NCBI GenBank assembly: GCA_041911275.1
Contig: JAYRPG010000174.1
Coordinates: forward strand, 24,268 to 88,267
Reading direction: 5' to 3'
DNA from: Ferruginibacter sp.
GTDB lineage: Bacteria > Bacteroidota > Bacteroidia > Chitinophagales > Chitinophagaceae
Length of the DNA stretch: 64,000 nt
Below are positions 8,916 through 17,469 of the stretch, one piece after another; positions within the stretch are counted from its first letter, which is position 1; each line of letters begins with the position of its first letter. The translations under genes and the position numbers were made by a program. Under the pieces are notes generated by a model. The model saw nothing but the letters and a program-made list of their open reading frames with translations. It was not told the origin of the DNA and did not search any database.

Positions 8916-10094
8916 ATGCAGGACGCCTATATTGTAGCCGGATACCGCACCGCGGTAACAAAAAGTAAGAAGGGCGGGTTCCGGTTCACCCGGCCCGATG
9001 ACCTGGCGATCCAGGTGATCAAAGGATTGCTCGCATCCGTGCCGCAGCTGGACCCGCGGCAGGTGGATGATGTGATCGTGGGCAATGCGGTACCTGAAGC
9101 CGAGCAGGGCCTGCAGGTTGGCCGCATCATCGCGGCCCGGGCGGTGGGTGTACATGCCCCGGGGATCACCATCAACCGTTATTGTGCCAGCGGGCTGGAA
9201 GCCATTGCCATGGCCACGGCCAAAATCCGCACCGGGATGGCCGAATGCATCATTGCCGGCGGCGCCGAGAGCATGAGCCTGGTGCCCACCGCCGGATGGA
9301 AAACATCGCCGGCCTTCTCCATTGCCCGGGATGAACCCGATTATTACCTGAGCATGGGCCTTACAGCCGAAGCCGTGGCGCAGGAATACCAGATCAGCCG
9401 CGAAGACCAGGACCTCTTCAGTTTGCAGAGCCACCAGAAGGCTGCCCGGGCCATCAGCGAAGGGCATTTCCGGAGCGGCATCCTGCCGATAAACGTGGAA
9501 CAGGTGTACCTGGATGAAAAAGGCAGGAAACAGCAACGCAGTTATGTGGTGGATACCGATGAAGGGGTGCGGGCCGACAGCACCCTGGAAGGGCTGGCCA
9601 AACTGAAACCGGCCTTTGCCGCCGGCGGCTGTGTCACCGCGGGCAACAGCTCGCAAACCAGTGACGGGGCGGCTTTTGTGGTGGTGATGAGCGAAAGGCT
9701 GCTAAACAGCCTGGGCCTGAAACCCATCGGCCGGCTGCTGAACAGCGCCTGCGCAGGGGTGCAGCCGCGGTTGATGGGCATCGGACCGGTGGAAGCCATA
9801 CCCAAAGTGCTGAAGCAGGCAGGGATGCAGTTACAGGATATCGACCTGATTGAACTGAATGAAGCCTTTGCTTCCCAATCGCTGGCCGTGATCCGCCAGC
9901 TGAGCCTGGACCCGGATAAGGTAAACATCAACGGGGGCGCCATTGCCCTCGGCCATCCGCTGGGCTGTACCGGCGCCAAACTCACCGTGCAGGTGCTCAA
10001 CGACCTGAAGCGGCTGGGTAAAAAATACGGCATGGTGACGGCCTGCGTGGGCGGCGGACAGGGAATAGCCGGCATCATTGAACGCATCGACTAA
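8916..10094 (+). CDS. Acetyl-CoA C-acyltransferase (thiolase)
   Basis: Thiolase motifs: NRYCASGLEA (active-site Cys), GNSSQTSDGAA, NGGAIALGHPLGCTG, CVGGGQG. Confidence 0.9.
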   Translation: MQDAYIVAGYRTAVTKSKKGGFRFTRPDDLAIQVIKGLLASVPQLDPRQVDDVIVGNAVPEAEQGLQVGRIIAARAVGVHAPGITINRYCASGLEAIAMATAKIRTGMAECIIAGGAESMSLVPTAGWKTSPAFSIARDEPDYYLSMGLTAEAVAQEYQISREDQDLFSLQSHQKAARAISEGHFRSGILPINVEQVYLDEKGRKQQRSYVVDTDEGVRADSTLEGLAKLKPAFAAGGCVTAGNSSQTSDGAAFVVVMSERLLNSLGLKPIGRLLNSACAGVQPRLMGIGPVEAIPKVLKQAGMQLQDIDLIELNEAFASQSLAVIRQLSLDPDKVNINGGAIALGHPLGCTGAKLTVQVLNDLKRLGKKYGMVTACVGGGQGIAGIIERID

Positions 10095-10178
10095 AACACC
10101 CGGAGCTTGCGCAAGCAGCCTGAACATATGAACCCCTGAAAGCTGCACCCGGTTTGGTACCGGCGTGAATGATCTGAA

Positions 10179-10211
10179 GGACTGCGGATACCCGGCAGTC
10201 CTTTATTCTTT
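10179..10211 (+). terminator. Rho-independent terminator downstream of the thiolase gene
   Basis: Stem GGACTGC / GCAGTCC followed by TTTATTCTTTT. Confidence 0.6.
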
Positions 10212-10260
10212 TACGGCATAGCGGCAAAACGGCTATTTTTACAGTATAAAAAACCACCCC

Positions 10261-10635
10261 ATGACGGAATCCAAAAGGCAGAAACAGGTAGCCGGGCTGA
10301 TCAACGAAGAGCTCAACGACATTTTCAGAAGAATGGGCCTGAACATGATGGATGGGGGCATGATTTCGATTGCTTCGGTAAAGGTTACCCCCGACCTCCT
10401 GGAGGCGAGGGTGTACCTGAGCATGTTCCAGGTAAAAGACAACCAGCAGGTACTGCACCGCTTTGAGGAAAAAAACCGCGAAATCCGTAAGGAGCTCGGC
10501 ACCCGGGTGCGGCACCAGCTGCGCAGCATTCCCGAGCTGAAATTTTTTATTGACGATACCCTCGATTATGTATTCAAAATGGAATCCCTGTTTAATCAGC
10601 TCAAGAAAGAAGAGGGCGGCAAGCACGAAGAATGA
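10261..10635 (+). CDS. rbfA: Ribosome-binding factor A
   Basis: N-terminus SKRQKQVAGLINEELNDIF and the 124-aa size are typical of RbfA. Confidence 0.85.
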   Translation: MTESKRQKQVAGLINEELNDIFRRMGLNMMDGGMISIASVKVTPDLLEARVYLSMFQVKDNQQVLHRFEEKNREIRKELGTRVRHQLRSIPELKFFIDDTLDYVFKMESLFNQLKKEEGGKHEE

Positions 10636-10653
10636 GGCGTGATGAGGGAATAA

Positions 10654-10695
10654 ACCATTGATCATTCACGATTCACCATTGACGATTCTCGATTC
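10654..10695. repeat. Heptanucleotide tandem array, 6 units, ending directly at the start codon of the next gene
   Basis: ACCATTG ATCATTC ACGATTC ACCATTG ACGATTC TCGATTC, then ATG at 10696. Confidence 0.85.
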
Positions 10696-11919
10696 ATGTA
10701 TCTCCGTTTTGCCTGGCGTTACTTCAAAGCCAAAAAATCGGCCAATGCCATTAACCTCATTGCCTGGGTAACGGTGGGGGTGATTGCTTTTGCCACGGCC
10801 TGCCAGATCCTGGTGCTGAGTGTGTTCAATGGCTTTGAAGGACTGGTGCAATCGCTTTACAGTTCGTTTTACACCGACTTAAAAGTGCTTCCGGCAAAGG
10901 GCAAGACCTTTGCCCTGACGCCCGCGCAGCTGCAGGCCCTGCGCAGCCATCCGGCGGTGGCCGGACTAAGCCGGGTGGCAGAGGAAAAAGCGCTGCTGCA
11001 GCATGGTGAGCAGCAGTCGGTGATTTACCTCAAGGGGGTAGACAGTGCCTATACCCGGGTTACCGGGGTGGCGGGAAAAATTTTCCAGGGGCGGTTTGAT
11101 CTGGGGGATGCAGAACAGCCCGGCCTGGTGCTGGGCTACGGCATTCAGCAGGCGGTGGGACTGAACCTGGACGACCGGATGCAGGCGCCGGAGCTGACGG
11201 TGATCCTGCCCAAAAAAGGCAGGGTATCCCTCAACGATCCGCTGCAATCGCTCAGTGAAGGCCTGGTAACGGCCAACGGTGTTTTCATCATTCAGCAGGA
11301 GTTCGACAACAAATACGCCCTTACCGATATCGGATTCATGAAGCAGCAACTGGGGTTGGCAGCGGATGAGTACAGTGCCCTGGAGCTCCGGCTCCGCGCC
11401 GGCCGGGATCCGGAAACCGCCCGGGCACAGTTGCAGCAGCTGCTGGGCACCACGTACCGGGTGCAGACGCGTTATGAGCAGAACCAGAGTTTGTACCAAA
11501 CCATGCGGATGGAGAAATGGTTCATCTACGCCGTGCTTACCCTGATCCTGATTGTGGCGGCTTTCAATATGATCAGCGCGCTCACCATGCTGGTACTGGA
11601 GAAAAAGCAGGACATCAGCATCCTGCAGAGTATGGGCGCCTCCCGGGGGATGGTGCTGCGGATATTTCTGAGCGAGGGCTTGCTGCTGGCGGGAATCGGA
11701 GCCATAACGGGCATTGTGCTGGCCCTGCTGGTCTGCTGGCTGCAGGTGAAATACCACCTGGTGAAACTGGAGGGGGGCACCTTCCTGATCGACTACTTCC
11801 CCGTGGAATTGCGGGTGAGCGACTTCCTGCTGGTGAGCGGTACGGCAGCCCTGATCGCGTTTTCGGCCTCCTGGATGCCGGCCCGGAAAGCGGCAGCGCA
11901 GCCCGCTTCACTCCGCTGA
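10696..11919 (+). CDS. ABC transporter permease, FtsX/LolE family
   Basis: N-terminal TM helix, large periplasmic domain and a C-terminal FtsX-type 3-TM bundle, 407 aa. The position downstream of rbfA is common in Bacteroidota. Confidence 0.8.
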   Translation: MYLRFAWRYFKAKKSANAINLIAWVTVGVIAFATACQILVLSVFNGFEGLVQSLYSSFYTDLKVLPAKGKTFALTPAQLQALRSHPAVAGLSRVAEEKALLQHGEQQSVIYLKGVDSAYTRVTGVAGKIFQGRFDLGDAEQPGLVLGYGIQQAVGLNLDDRMQAPELTVILPKKGRVSLNDPLQSLSEGLVTANGVFIIQQEFDNKYALTDIGFMKQQLGLAADEYSALELRLRAGRDPETARAQLQQLLGTTYRVQTRYEQNQSLYQTMRMEKWFIYAVLTLILIVAAFNMISALTMLVLEKKQDISILQSMGASRGMVLRIFLSEGLLLAGIGAITGIVLALLVCWLQVKYHLVKLEGGTFLIDYFPVELRVSDFLLVSGTAALIAFSASWMPARKAAAQPASLR

Positions 11920-11923
11920 ATTT

Positions 11924-12760
11924 TCAATAATCACCGAGGGTTTCGGGCAGCTGGGCCAGGGCTTTGGCCAGTTGTTCATCGCTGGGGGCGATGCCATGCC
12001 ATTCGTGGCTGCCTTCCATAAAATCCACGCCCTTGCCCATTCCCGTTTTCATCAGGATCACCACCGGCTTTCCTTTTCCGGTGAGGGTTTGCGCATGCCG
12101 GAGGGTTTTCAGCACTTCATCGGTATCGTTACCGTTTTCGAGCATCACCACTTCCCAGCCAAAGGCGCTGAACTTATCGGCCAGGTTGCCCAGGGCCATC
12201 ACCTTATCCGTGGGGCCATCAATCTGCTGACCGTTCCAGTCAACCGTAGCGATGAGGTTGTCGACCCGGTGATGGGCCCCGAAAAGCGCCGCCTCCCAGT
12301 TCTGGCCTTCATCCAGTTCGCCATCGCCATGCAGGGAGTATACGAGAGCGGGATCGTTATTGTATTTTTTGGCCAGGGCCGCACCCAGGGCAACGCTCAG
12401 GCCCTGACCCAGCGAACCGCTGGACATGCGCACGCCGGGCAGTCCCTCATGGGTGGTGGGATGACCCTGCAGGCGGCTGTTGATGCGCCGGAATGTTTTC
12501 AGTTCTTCTGTGGGGAAGTAGCCGGACCGGGCCAGCACGCTGTAATACAGGGGCGAGATATGGCCGTTGCTCACGAAAAACAGGTCTTCCCCTACCCCGT
12601 CCATACTGAACCCTTCCGCCCGCTTCATCACGGCGAAATAAAGCACCGTCATGAAATCGGCGCAGCCCAGCGAGCCACCGGGGTGACCGCTCTGGGCGCC
12701 ATGAACCATCCGAACAATATCCCGGCGTACCTGGGAGGCAATATCCTGTAAACTGTGCAT
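11924..12760 (-). CDS. Transketolase, N-terminal (TPP-binding) subunit of a split transketolase
   Basis: GHPGGSLG, GHISP, GSLGQGLS and GDGELDEGQNWEA motifs; 278 aa. Confidence 0.88.
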   Translation of the reverse strand: MHSLQDIASQVRRDIVRMVHGAQSGHPGGSLGCADFMTVLYFAVMKRAEGFSMDGVGEDLFFVSNGHISPLYYSVLARSGYFPTEELKTFRRINSRLQGHPTTHEGLPGVRMSSGSLGQGLSVALGAALAKKYNNDPALVYSLHGDGELDEGQNWEAALFGAHHRVDNLIATVDWNGQQIDGPTDKVMALGNLADKFSAFGWEVVMLENGNDTDEVLKTLRHAQTLTGKGKPVVILMKTGMGKGVDFMEGSHEWHGIAPSDEQLAKALAQLPETLGDY

Positions 12761-13081
12761 ATCCTGATTTTTTTTACCGCTGCAGGCAGGATTCCGGAAA
12801 AAAGGAGAGTCTTATTAACCAGAGCAGGCCAACAGCGGGTTCGCGGGCAAACCTACTTCAAATAGGCACAACGGCAAAGACAAAATTGAAGATTCAGGTA
12901 CTTGTTGATAATAAGTTGACTGATTTGGCGTTGAAGGATAAAACAGGTGGATTTTAATATTGAAAATCAGTTTGAAATTTTTAAAATCGCCTCTTTTTGC
13001 CTATGTTGCGGAGCCGAAAAGGTGATGCGCTGTACCCTCCCCTGAGAACTGCAAGTTTTAAACACTAATTGAGTCCCTGGC

Positions 13082-14212
13082 ATGGTTTATACATTATTAA
13101 GCGGCGCGTTGGCTTTTCTGATTACCTTTTTTTCTATCCCGGTGATCATCCAGGTTGCCCGGCAGAAGAAAATGTTTGACGAACCGGATGAGCGGAAGGT
13201 GCACAAGATGGTGATCCCCACCCTTGGCGGGCTGGGTATTTTTGCCGGTTTCATTCTTGCCACCCTGCTGGGGGTACCCGTTGCCAGCCCGGAGTTGCAG
13301 TATTTTGTGGCCGCCGCCGTGGTGATTTTTTTCCTGGGCATCAAAGACGACATTCTCGTATTATCTCCTGCTAAAAAATTCATTGGCCAGCTGGTGGCCG
13401 CCGGTATTGTGATCAAGTTTGGCGGCATCCAGATTACCAGCATGCATGGCTTCCTGGGCATCGGGCACCTGCCGCATGCCGCCAGCATTGTATTTACCCT
13501 TTTCACCATTGTGGTGATCACCAATTCCTTTAACCTGATTGATGGCGTGGATGGACTGGCCGGCAGTCTGGGCCTGCTGACCTCCCTGGTATTCGGCAGT
13601 TATTTCCTGTATGCAGGTCAGCTGATGTATGCGGTGATGGCTTTTTCCCTGGCCGGGGCCATTGCCGGATTCCTGATCTACAATTTTTCGCCGGCTAAAA
13701 TCTTCATGGGCGATACCGGGTCGCTGCTCCTCGGGCTGGTGAACGCCATCCTGGTGATCAAATTCATCAATATTGCCGGAAATCCGGCGAGTGCCCTGCC
13801 GCTTTCCGCGGCTCCTGCCATTGGTTTTTCCATCCTGATTGTTCCCCTGTTTGATACCCTGCGGGTGTTCAGCCACCGGATACTCGACCGGCGTTCACCG
13901 TTCAGTCCTGACCGCACCCATGTGCACCACTTCCTCCTGGAACTCGGATTCAACCACCAGCGCATCACCCTGCTCTGTGTAGCCACCAATATCCTCTTCA
14001 TTGCACTGGCCCTGGTATTCCGGAACACCGGCACCACGGCCCTCATCGGCATTATCCTGGCTGTTGCCATCCTCCTGGTGGCGGTGATCTATTACAGCCG
14101 GCCTTCAGCCCGTGTGATCCGGGCCCGGATGACGGAAGAGAACCGTCTGCAAACCCGGGGTAAAATCATCAGCCTCACCCCTGAAGTGGAGATTGCCGAA
14201 GCGGCCGATTAA
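13082..14212 (+). CDS. Undecaprenyl-phosphate sugar-1-phosphate transferase, MraY/WecA (GT4) family
   Basis: Polytopic membrane protein with NSFNLIDGVDGLAG and MGDTGS motifs. Confidence 0.85.
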   Translation: MVYTLLSGALAFLITFFSIPVIIQVARQKKMFDEPDERKVHKMVIPTLGGLGIFAGFILATLLGVPVASPELQYFVAAAVVIFFLGIKDDILVLSPAKKFIGQLVAAGIVIKFGGIQITSMHGFLGIGHLPHAASIVFTLFTIVVITNSFNLIDGVDGLAGSLGLLTSLVFGSYFLYAGQLMYAVMAFSLAGAIAGFLIYNFSPAKIFMGDTGSLLLGLVNAILVIKFINIAGNPASALPLSAAPAIGFSILIVPLFDTLRVFSHRILDRRSPFSPDRTHVHHFLLELGFNHQRITLLCVATNILFIALALVFRNTGTTALIGIILAVAILLVAVIYYSRPSARVIRARMTEENRLQTRGKIISLTPEVEIAEAAD

Positions 14213-14268
14213 TCTCCCCTCTCCTTTATTTGTTCATGTCCCGGGCTTCTGCTGCCTGCCGCGGCGTC

Positions 14269-14298
14269 TTTGCCGTTTCAATCTTTTGATTAGCTTTG
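14269..14298 (+). promoter_or_regulatory. Putative frr promoter: -33 TTTG (14269-14272) and -7 TAGCTTTG (14291-14298)
   Basis: There are 18 nt between the two elements. The -7 box lies 22 nt upstream of the ATG. Confidence 0.5.
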
Positions 14299-14320
14299 CA
14301 GCACTCAAAAAAATGCAAAT

Positions 14321-14884
14321 ATGTCAGAAGAAGTAGCTTTGATTCAGGCAGATACAGAAGATTTGATGAAGAAAGCCATCAACCATCTCGAAGCCGAGCT
14401 GGTCAAGATCCGTGCAGGTAAGGCCAATCCCAATATGCTGGATGGCATCATGGTAGACTATTATGGCAGTGCCACCCCCATTGCCCAGGTAGCCAATGTT
14501 TCCATCATGGATGCCCGCACCATTTCGGTGCAACCCTGGGAAAAGAACATGCTTTCGCCCATCGAACGGGCCATCATAGCCGCCAATATCGGCATCAACC
14601 CGCAGAATGATGGCAACATCATCCGCCTCTTTCTGCCGCCCTTAACCGAAGAGCGCCGCAAGGAACTGGTGAAGCGCTGCAATCATGAAGGCGAGAACGC
14701 CAAAGTATCGGTACGGAATATCCGCCGCGATGCCATTGAACACATCAAGAAACTGCAGAAAGACGGCCTGAGTGAAGACACGGCCAAGGATGCGGAAGCC
14801 GATATCCAGGAACTCACCAACCGCTTCATCGCGGTGGTGGAAAAGCACCTGGCAGCCAAGGAAAAGGAAATCATGGCGGTTTAA
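14321..14884 (+). CDS. frr: Ribosome recycling factor
   Basis: 187 aa with LVKIRAGKANPNMLD...PLTEERRKELVK, typical of RRF. Confidence 0.92.
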   Translation: MSEEVALIQADTEDLMKKAINHLEAELVKIRAGKANPNMLDGIMVDYYGSATPIAQVANVSIMDARTISVQPWEKNMLSPIERAIIAANIGINPQNDGNIIRLFLPPLTEERRKELVKRCNHEGENAKVSVRNIRRDAIEHIKKLQKDGLSEDTAKDAEADIQELTNRFIAVVEKHLAAKEKEIMAV

Positions 14885-14919
14885 CCCCACGGTGCAGGAA
14901 GACATTGAAACAGGGATGC

Positions 14920-14948
14920 CACAAGCATCCCTGTTTTGTAAATACCGG
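14920..14948 (+). terminator. Rho-independent terminator of frr
   Basis: Perfect 10-bp stem ACAGGGATGC / GCATCCCTGT followed by TTTT. Confidence 0.7.
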
Positions 14949-14970
14949 CTGAGCGATCCCTCGGTGCGGA

Positions 14971-15411
14971 TCAGCCGGTAAATGCCGGCAAAGCCGTTAA
15001 CTCCTCCAGTTTGCCTTCCTGTAACCGGAAAGCCCGGCAGGCATTGCCATTGGTGATGGCGAGAAAGGGCACCTGGAGGGAGAGATTATACCTCAGCGCC
15101 TGGTCCAGTACGGCCTGCGAAAGCGGTACAGCAGGTTCTTTGCATTCCACCAGCAGCCAGGGCCGGTGATGGCGGCTGAACACCACAATATCAAAACGCC
15201 GGCTCAGTTCGCCCTGACGGATCGTTTTTTCCACCGCCAGCAGGGCAGCAGGATAGCCACTTACCTCCACGAGGAAATGAATAAAGTGCTGGCGCACCCA
15301 TTCTTCAGGAGTGAGGGCCACCCAGCGGCGGCGGATCAGATCCCAGATCTGCTCCTGCTGCTGATGCCGCCTCAAACGCGGTTGATAGGCCGGATAGGAC
15401 AAAGCGATCAT
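14971..15411 (-). CDS. Stand-alone protein with a type I restriction enzyme HsdR N-terminal-like (PD-(D/E)xK) domain
   Basis: FDIVVF...LLVECKEP...QALRY...FLAITNGN pattern; 146 aa. No hsdM or hsdS gene is nearby. Confidence 0.7.
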   Translation of the reverse strand: MIALSYPAYQPRLRRHQQQEQIWDLIRRRWVALTPEEWVRQHFIHFLVEVSGYPAALLAVEKTIRQGELSRRFDIVVFSRHHRPWLLVECKEPAVPLSQAVLDQALRYNLSLQVPFLAITNGNACRAFRLQEGKLEELTALPAFTG

Positions 15412-15515
15412 GCGGGGTAAAAAAATTATTGTACTTTTATCTTTAACCTTTTACTGAACCAGCCTCCGGCTGAGCACAAATAAACAAATTAACCGCTAAA
15501 GCATAAACAGATCAT

Positions 15516-16286
15516 ATGAAGACGAAAGAAGAAATTGTACAGAACTGGCTACCCCGTTACACCGGCGAAAGTCTGGAGAACTTTGGCGAATACATCCTCC
15601 TCACCAACTTTTCCAATTATGTGGAGATGTTTGCGGAATGGAACCAGGTGAAGGTGATTGGCCGCGACCGCCCCATGCAATGCGCAACGGCAGACAACAT
15701 CACCATCATCAATTTCGGAATGGGCAGTCCCACGGCCGCCACGGTGATGGATCTGCTGAGTGCCATCGAACCCAAGGCCGTGCTGTTTCTCGGCAAATGC
15801 GGCGGCCTGAAAAAAAGAAATAAAATCGGCGACCTGATCCTGCCTATAGCGGCCATCCGCGGTGAGGGGACCAGCAACGACTACTTCCCGCCCGAAGTAC
15901 CGGCCCTGCCCTCCTTCATGATGCAGAAAGCCATTTCCACCACCATCCGGGATTACGAATGTGATTACTGGACCGGCACCGTGTACACCACCAACCGCCG
16001 GGTTTGGGAACATGATGAAACCTTTAAAGAATACCTGCAGAAAGTAAGGGCCTACGCCATTGATATGGAAACGGCCACCGTTTTTACCGTGGGGTTCTAC
16101 AACAAAATCCCCACCGGCGCCCTGCTGCTGGTGAGCGATCAGCCCATGGTACCCGAAGGCGTGAAAACAGAAGCCAGTGATAAAAAAGTGACTTCTGAAT
16201 ATGTGGAACGCCATATCCGGATTGGTATCGATTCCCTCAAACAGCTCATCAATAACGGGCTTACCGTAAGGCACCTGAAATTCTGA
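15516..16286 (+). CDS. amn: AMP nucleosidase (short form) / PNP-UDP family nucleosidase
   Basis: N-terminus KEEIVQNWLPRYTG, then the nucleoside phosphorylase fold motifs (GMGSP, GKCGGL, IDMETA). Confidence 0.75.
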   Translation: MKTKEEIVQNWLPRYTGESLENFGEYILLTNFSNYVEMFAEWNQVKVIGRDRPMQCATADNITIINFGMGSPTAATVMDLLSAIEPKAVLFLGKCGGLKKRNKIGDLILPIAAIRGEGTSNDYFPPEVPALPSFMMQKAISTTIRDYECDYWTGTVYTTNRRVWEHDETFKEYLQKVRAYAIDMETATVFTVGFYNKIPTGALLLVSDQPMVPEGVKTEASDKKVTSEYVERHIRIGIDSLKQLINNGLTVRHLKF

Positions 16287-16305
16287 TCGGTTCCGGTTGC
16301 TTCAC

Positions 16306-17394
16306 ATGGCGCATTATTATCCTTATCCAGTTCTGCTCGATTTTACCCGGCAGGTATTCCGGCAGATGGGCTGCAGTGAACCCCATGCGGATACCGCTGC
16401 AAAAGTGCTGCTCGCGGCAGATCTGCGCGGCGTGGAAAGCCATGGCATTGCCCGCCTGCAGGGCTACCTCAAACTCTGGGAGGCCGGCCGGATCAAGACT
16501 ACACCGGATATCCGCGTGGTGCATGAAACCCCGTCTACCGCTGTGGTAGACGGCGACCAGGGGCTGGGCCTGGTGGTGGCGCCCGCCGCCATGGAAGTGG
16601 CCATCGGAAAAGCCCGCACCGCCGGCACCGGCTGGGTGAGCGTGAAGAACAGCAATCATTTCGGGATTGCCGGTTACCATGCCATGCTGGCCCTTCCCCA
16701 TGATATGATCGGCATTGCTTTCACCAATGCCTCGGCCACCGTGGCCCCTACCTTCAGCAAAGAACGGCTTCTCGGCACCAACCCCATTGCCGTAGCCATC
16801 CCCGCCGGAACAGAAACCCCGTTTGTGGCCGATTTCGCCACCACCACTGCCGCCAACGGCAAACTGGAAGTGCTGCAACGCAAGGGCGAATCGGCCCCAC
16901 AGGGATGGGTACAGGACCAGGAGGGCAAGCCCAGCACCGACGTTTTTGCCCTGAAAAACGGGGGGGCCATGCTGCCCCTCGGCGGCGACCGGGATCACGG
17001 CAGCCATAAAGGCTATATGCTGGGCGCCGTGGTGGATATTTTTTCTGCCCTGCTCAGCGGCGCCAACTACGGCCCCTGGGTTCCCCCCTTCCCGGCCTAC
17101 CTGCCCATGCCCGAAGACCAGCCCGGTGAAGGCATCGGTCATTTTTTCGGGGCCATGCGCATCGACGCCTTCCGGCCGGCAGAAAGCTTTAAAACGCACA
17201 TGGATCAATGGATCCGCCGCTTCCGGTGTGCAGCCCCGGCCGAAGGTTTTGACAAAGTGCTGATCCCCGGTGATCCGGAACGCGAAAAGGAAGCCATCAG
17301 CCTGAAACAGGGCATCCCCCTCCACCCCGAAGTGCTGCAGGACCTCCGGCAACTTGCCCGCTCCCTGAACCTCTCCCCGCTCAACGAGTATTAG
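16306..17394 (+). CDS. Ldh family (malate/L-lactate dehydrogenase type 2) oxidoreductase
   Basis: GVESHGIARL, NSNHFGIAGYH and GGDRDHGSHKGY motifs. The ATG at 16306 is preferred over the TTG at 16297. Confidence 0.82.
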   Translation: MAHYYPYPVLLDFTRQVFRQMGCSEPHADTAAKVLLAADLRGVESHGIARLQGYLKLWEAGRIKTTPDIRVVHETPSTAVVDGDQGLGLVVAPAAMEVAIGKARTAGTGWVSVKNSNHFGIAGYHAMLALPHDMIGIAFTNASATVAPTFSKERLLGTNPIAVAIPAGTETPFVADFATTTAANGKLEVLQRKGESAPQGWVQDQEGKPSTDVFALKNGGAMLPLGGDRDHGSHKGYMLGAVVDIFSALLSGANYGPWVPPFPAYLPMPEDQPGEGIGHFFGAMRIDAFRPAESFKTHMDQWIRRFRCAAPAEGFDKVLIPGDPEREKEAISLKQGIPLHPEVLQDLRQLARSLNLSPLNEY

Positions 17395-17442
17395 TATAGT
17401 GTTCAGGTAGGATAATGATTTGGCCGGGCATATTCATCCCGG

Positions 17443-17450
17443 TATTTTTG
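17443..17450 (+). promoter_or_regulatory. -7 box TATTTTTG upstream of lysC
   Basis: Matches TAnnTTTG and lies 19 nt before the ATG. A possible -33 TTTG sits at 17418-17421. Confidence 0.4.
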
Positions 17451-17469
17451 CAGCGCAAAAAACGGAATC

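Noticed and set aside
8751-9656. A 301-aa - strand ORF. The same rejection applies to similar ORFs at 26693-27760, 32142-33290, 33468-34439, 36875-37810, 53219-54034, 55889-56911 and 62093-63181.
   Set aside because: All are antisense to well-supported genes: thiolase, SMUG2-like/fructosamine kinase, E1, iscS, DUF58, nadE and gpmI. None has a recognisable domain.
12761-13081. A 320-nt AT-rich spacer with several TTGAA-containing words as a possible ncRNA, riboswitch or mobile-element scar.
   Set aside because: I recognise no conserved riboswitch, tRNA, SRP, 6S or tmRNA motif, and there are no terminal repeats. It is most simply a divergent promoter region for the transketolase subunit and the WecA-like gene.
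14971-16286. HsdR-N-like protein plus a PNP/AMP-nucleosidase gene as a possible defence pair (restriction fragment, or a nucleosidase effector as in Detocs-like systems).
   Set aside because: The genes are divergent, and there are no methylase, specificity, kinase or response-regulator partners. Both look like conserved single-domain housekeeping genes flanked by frr and lysC.
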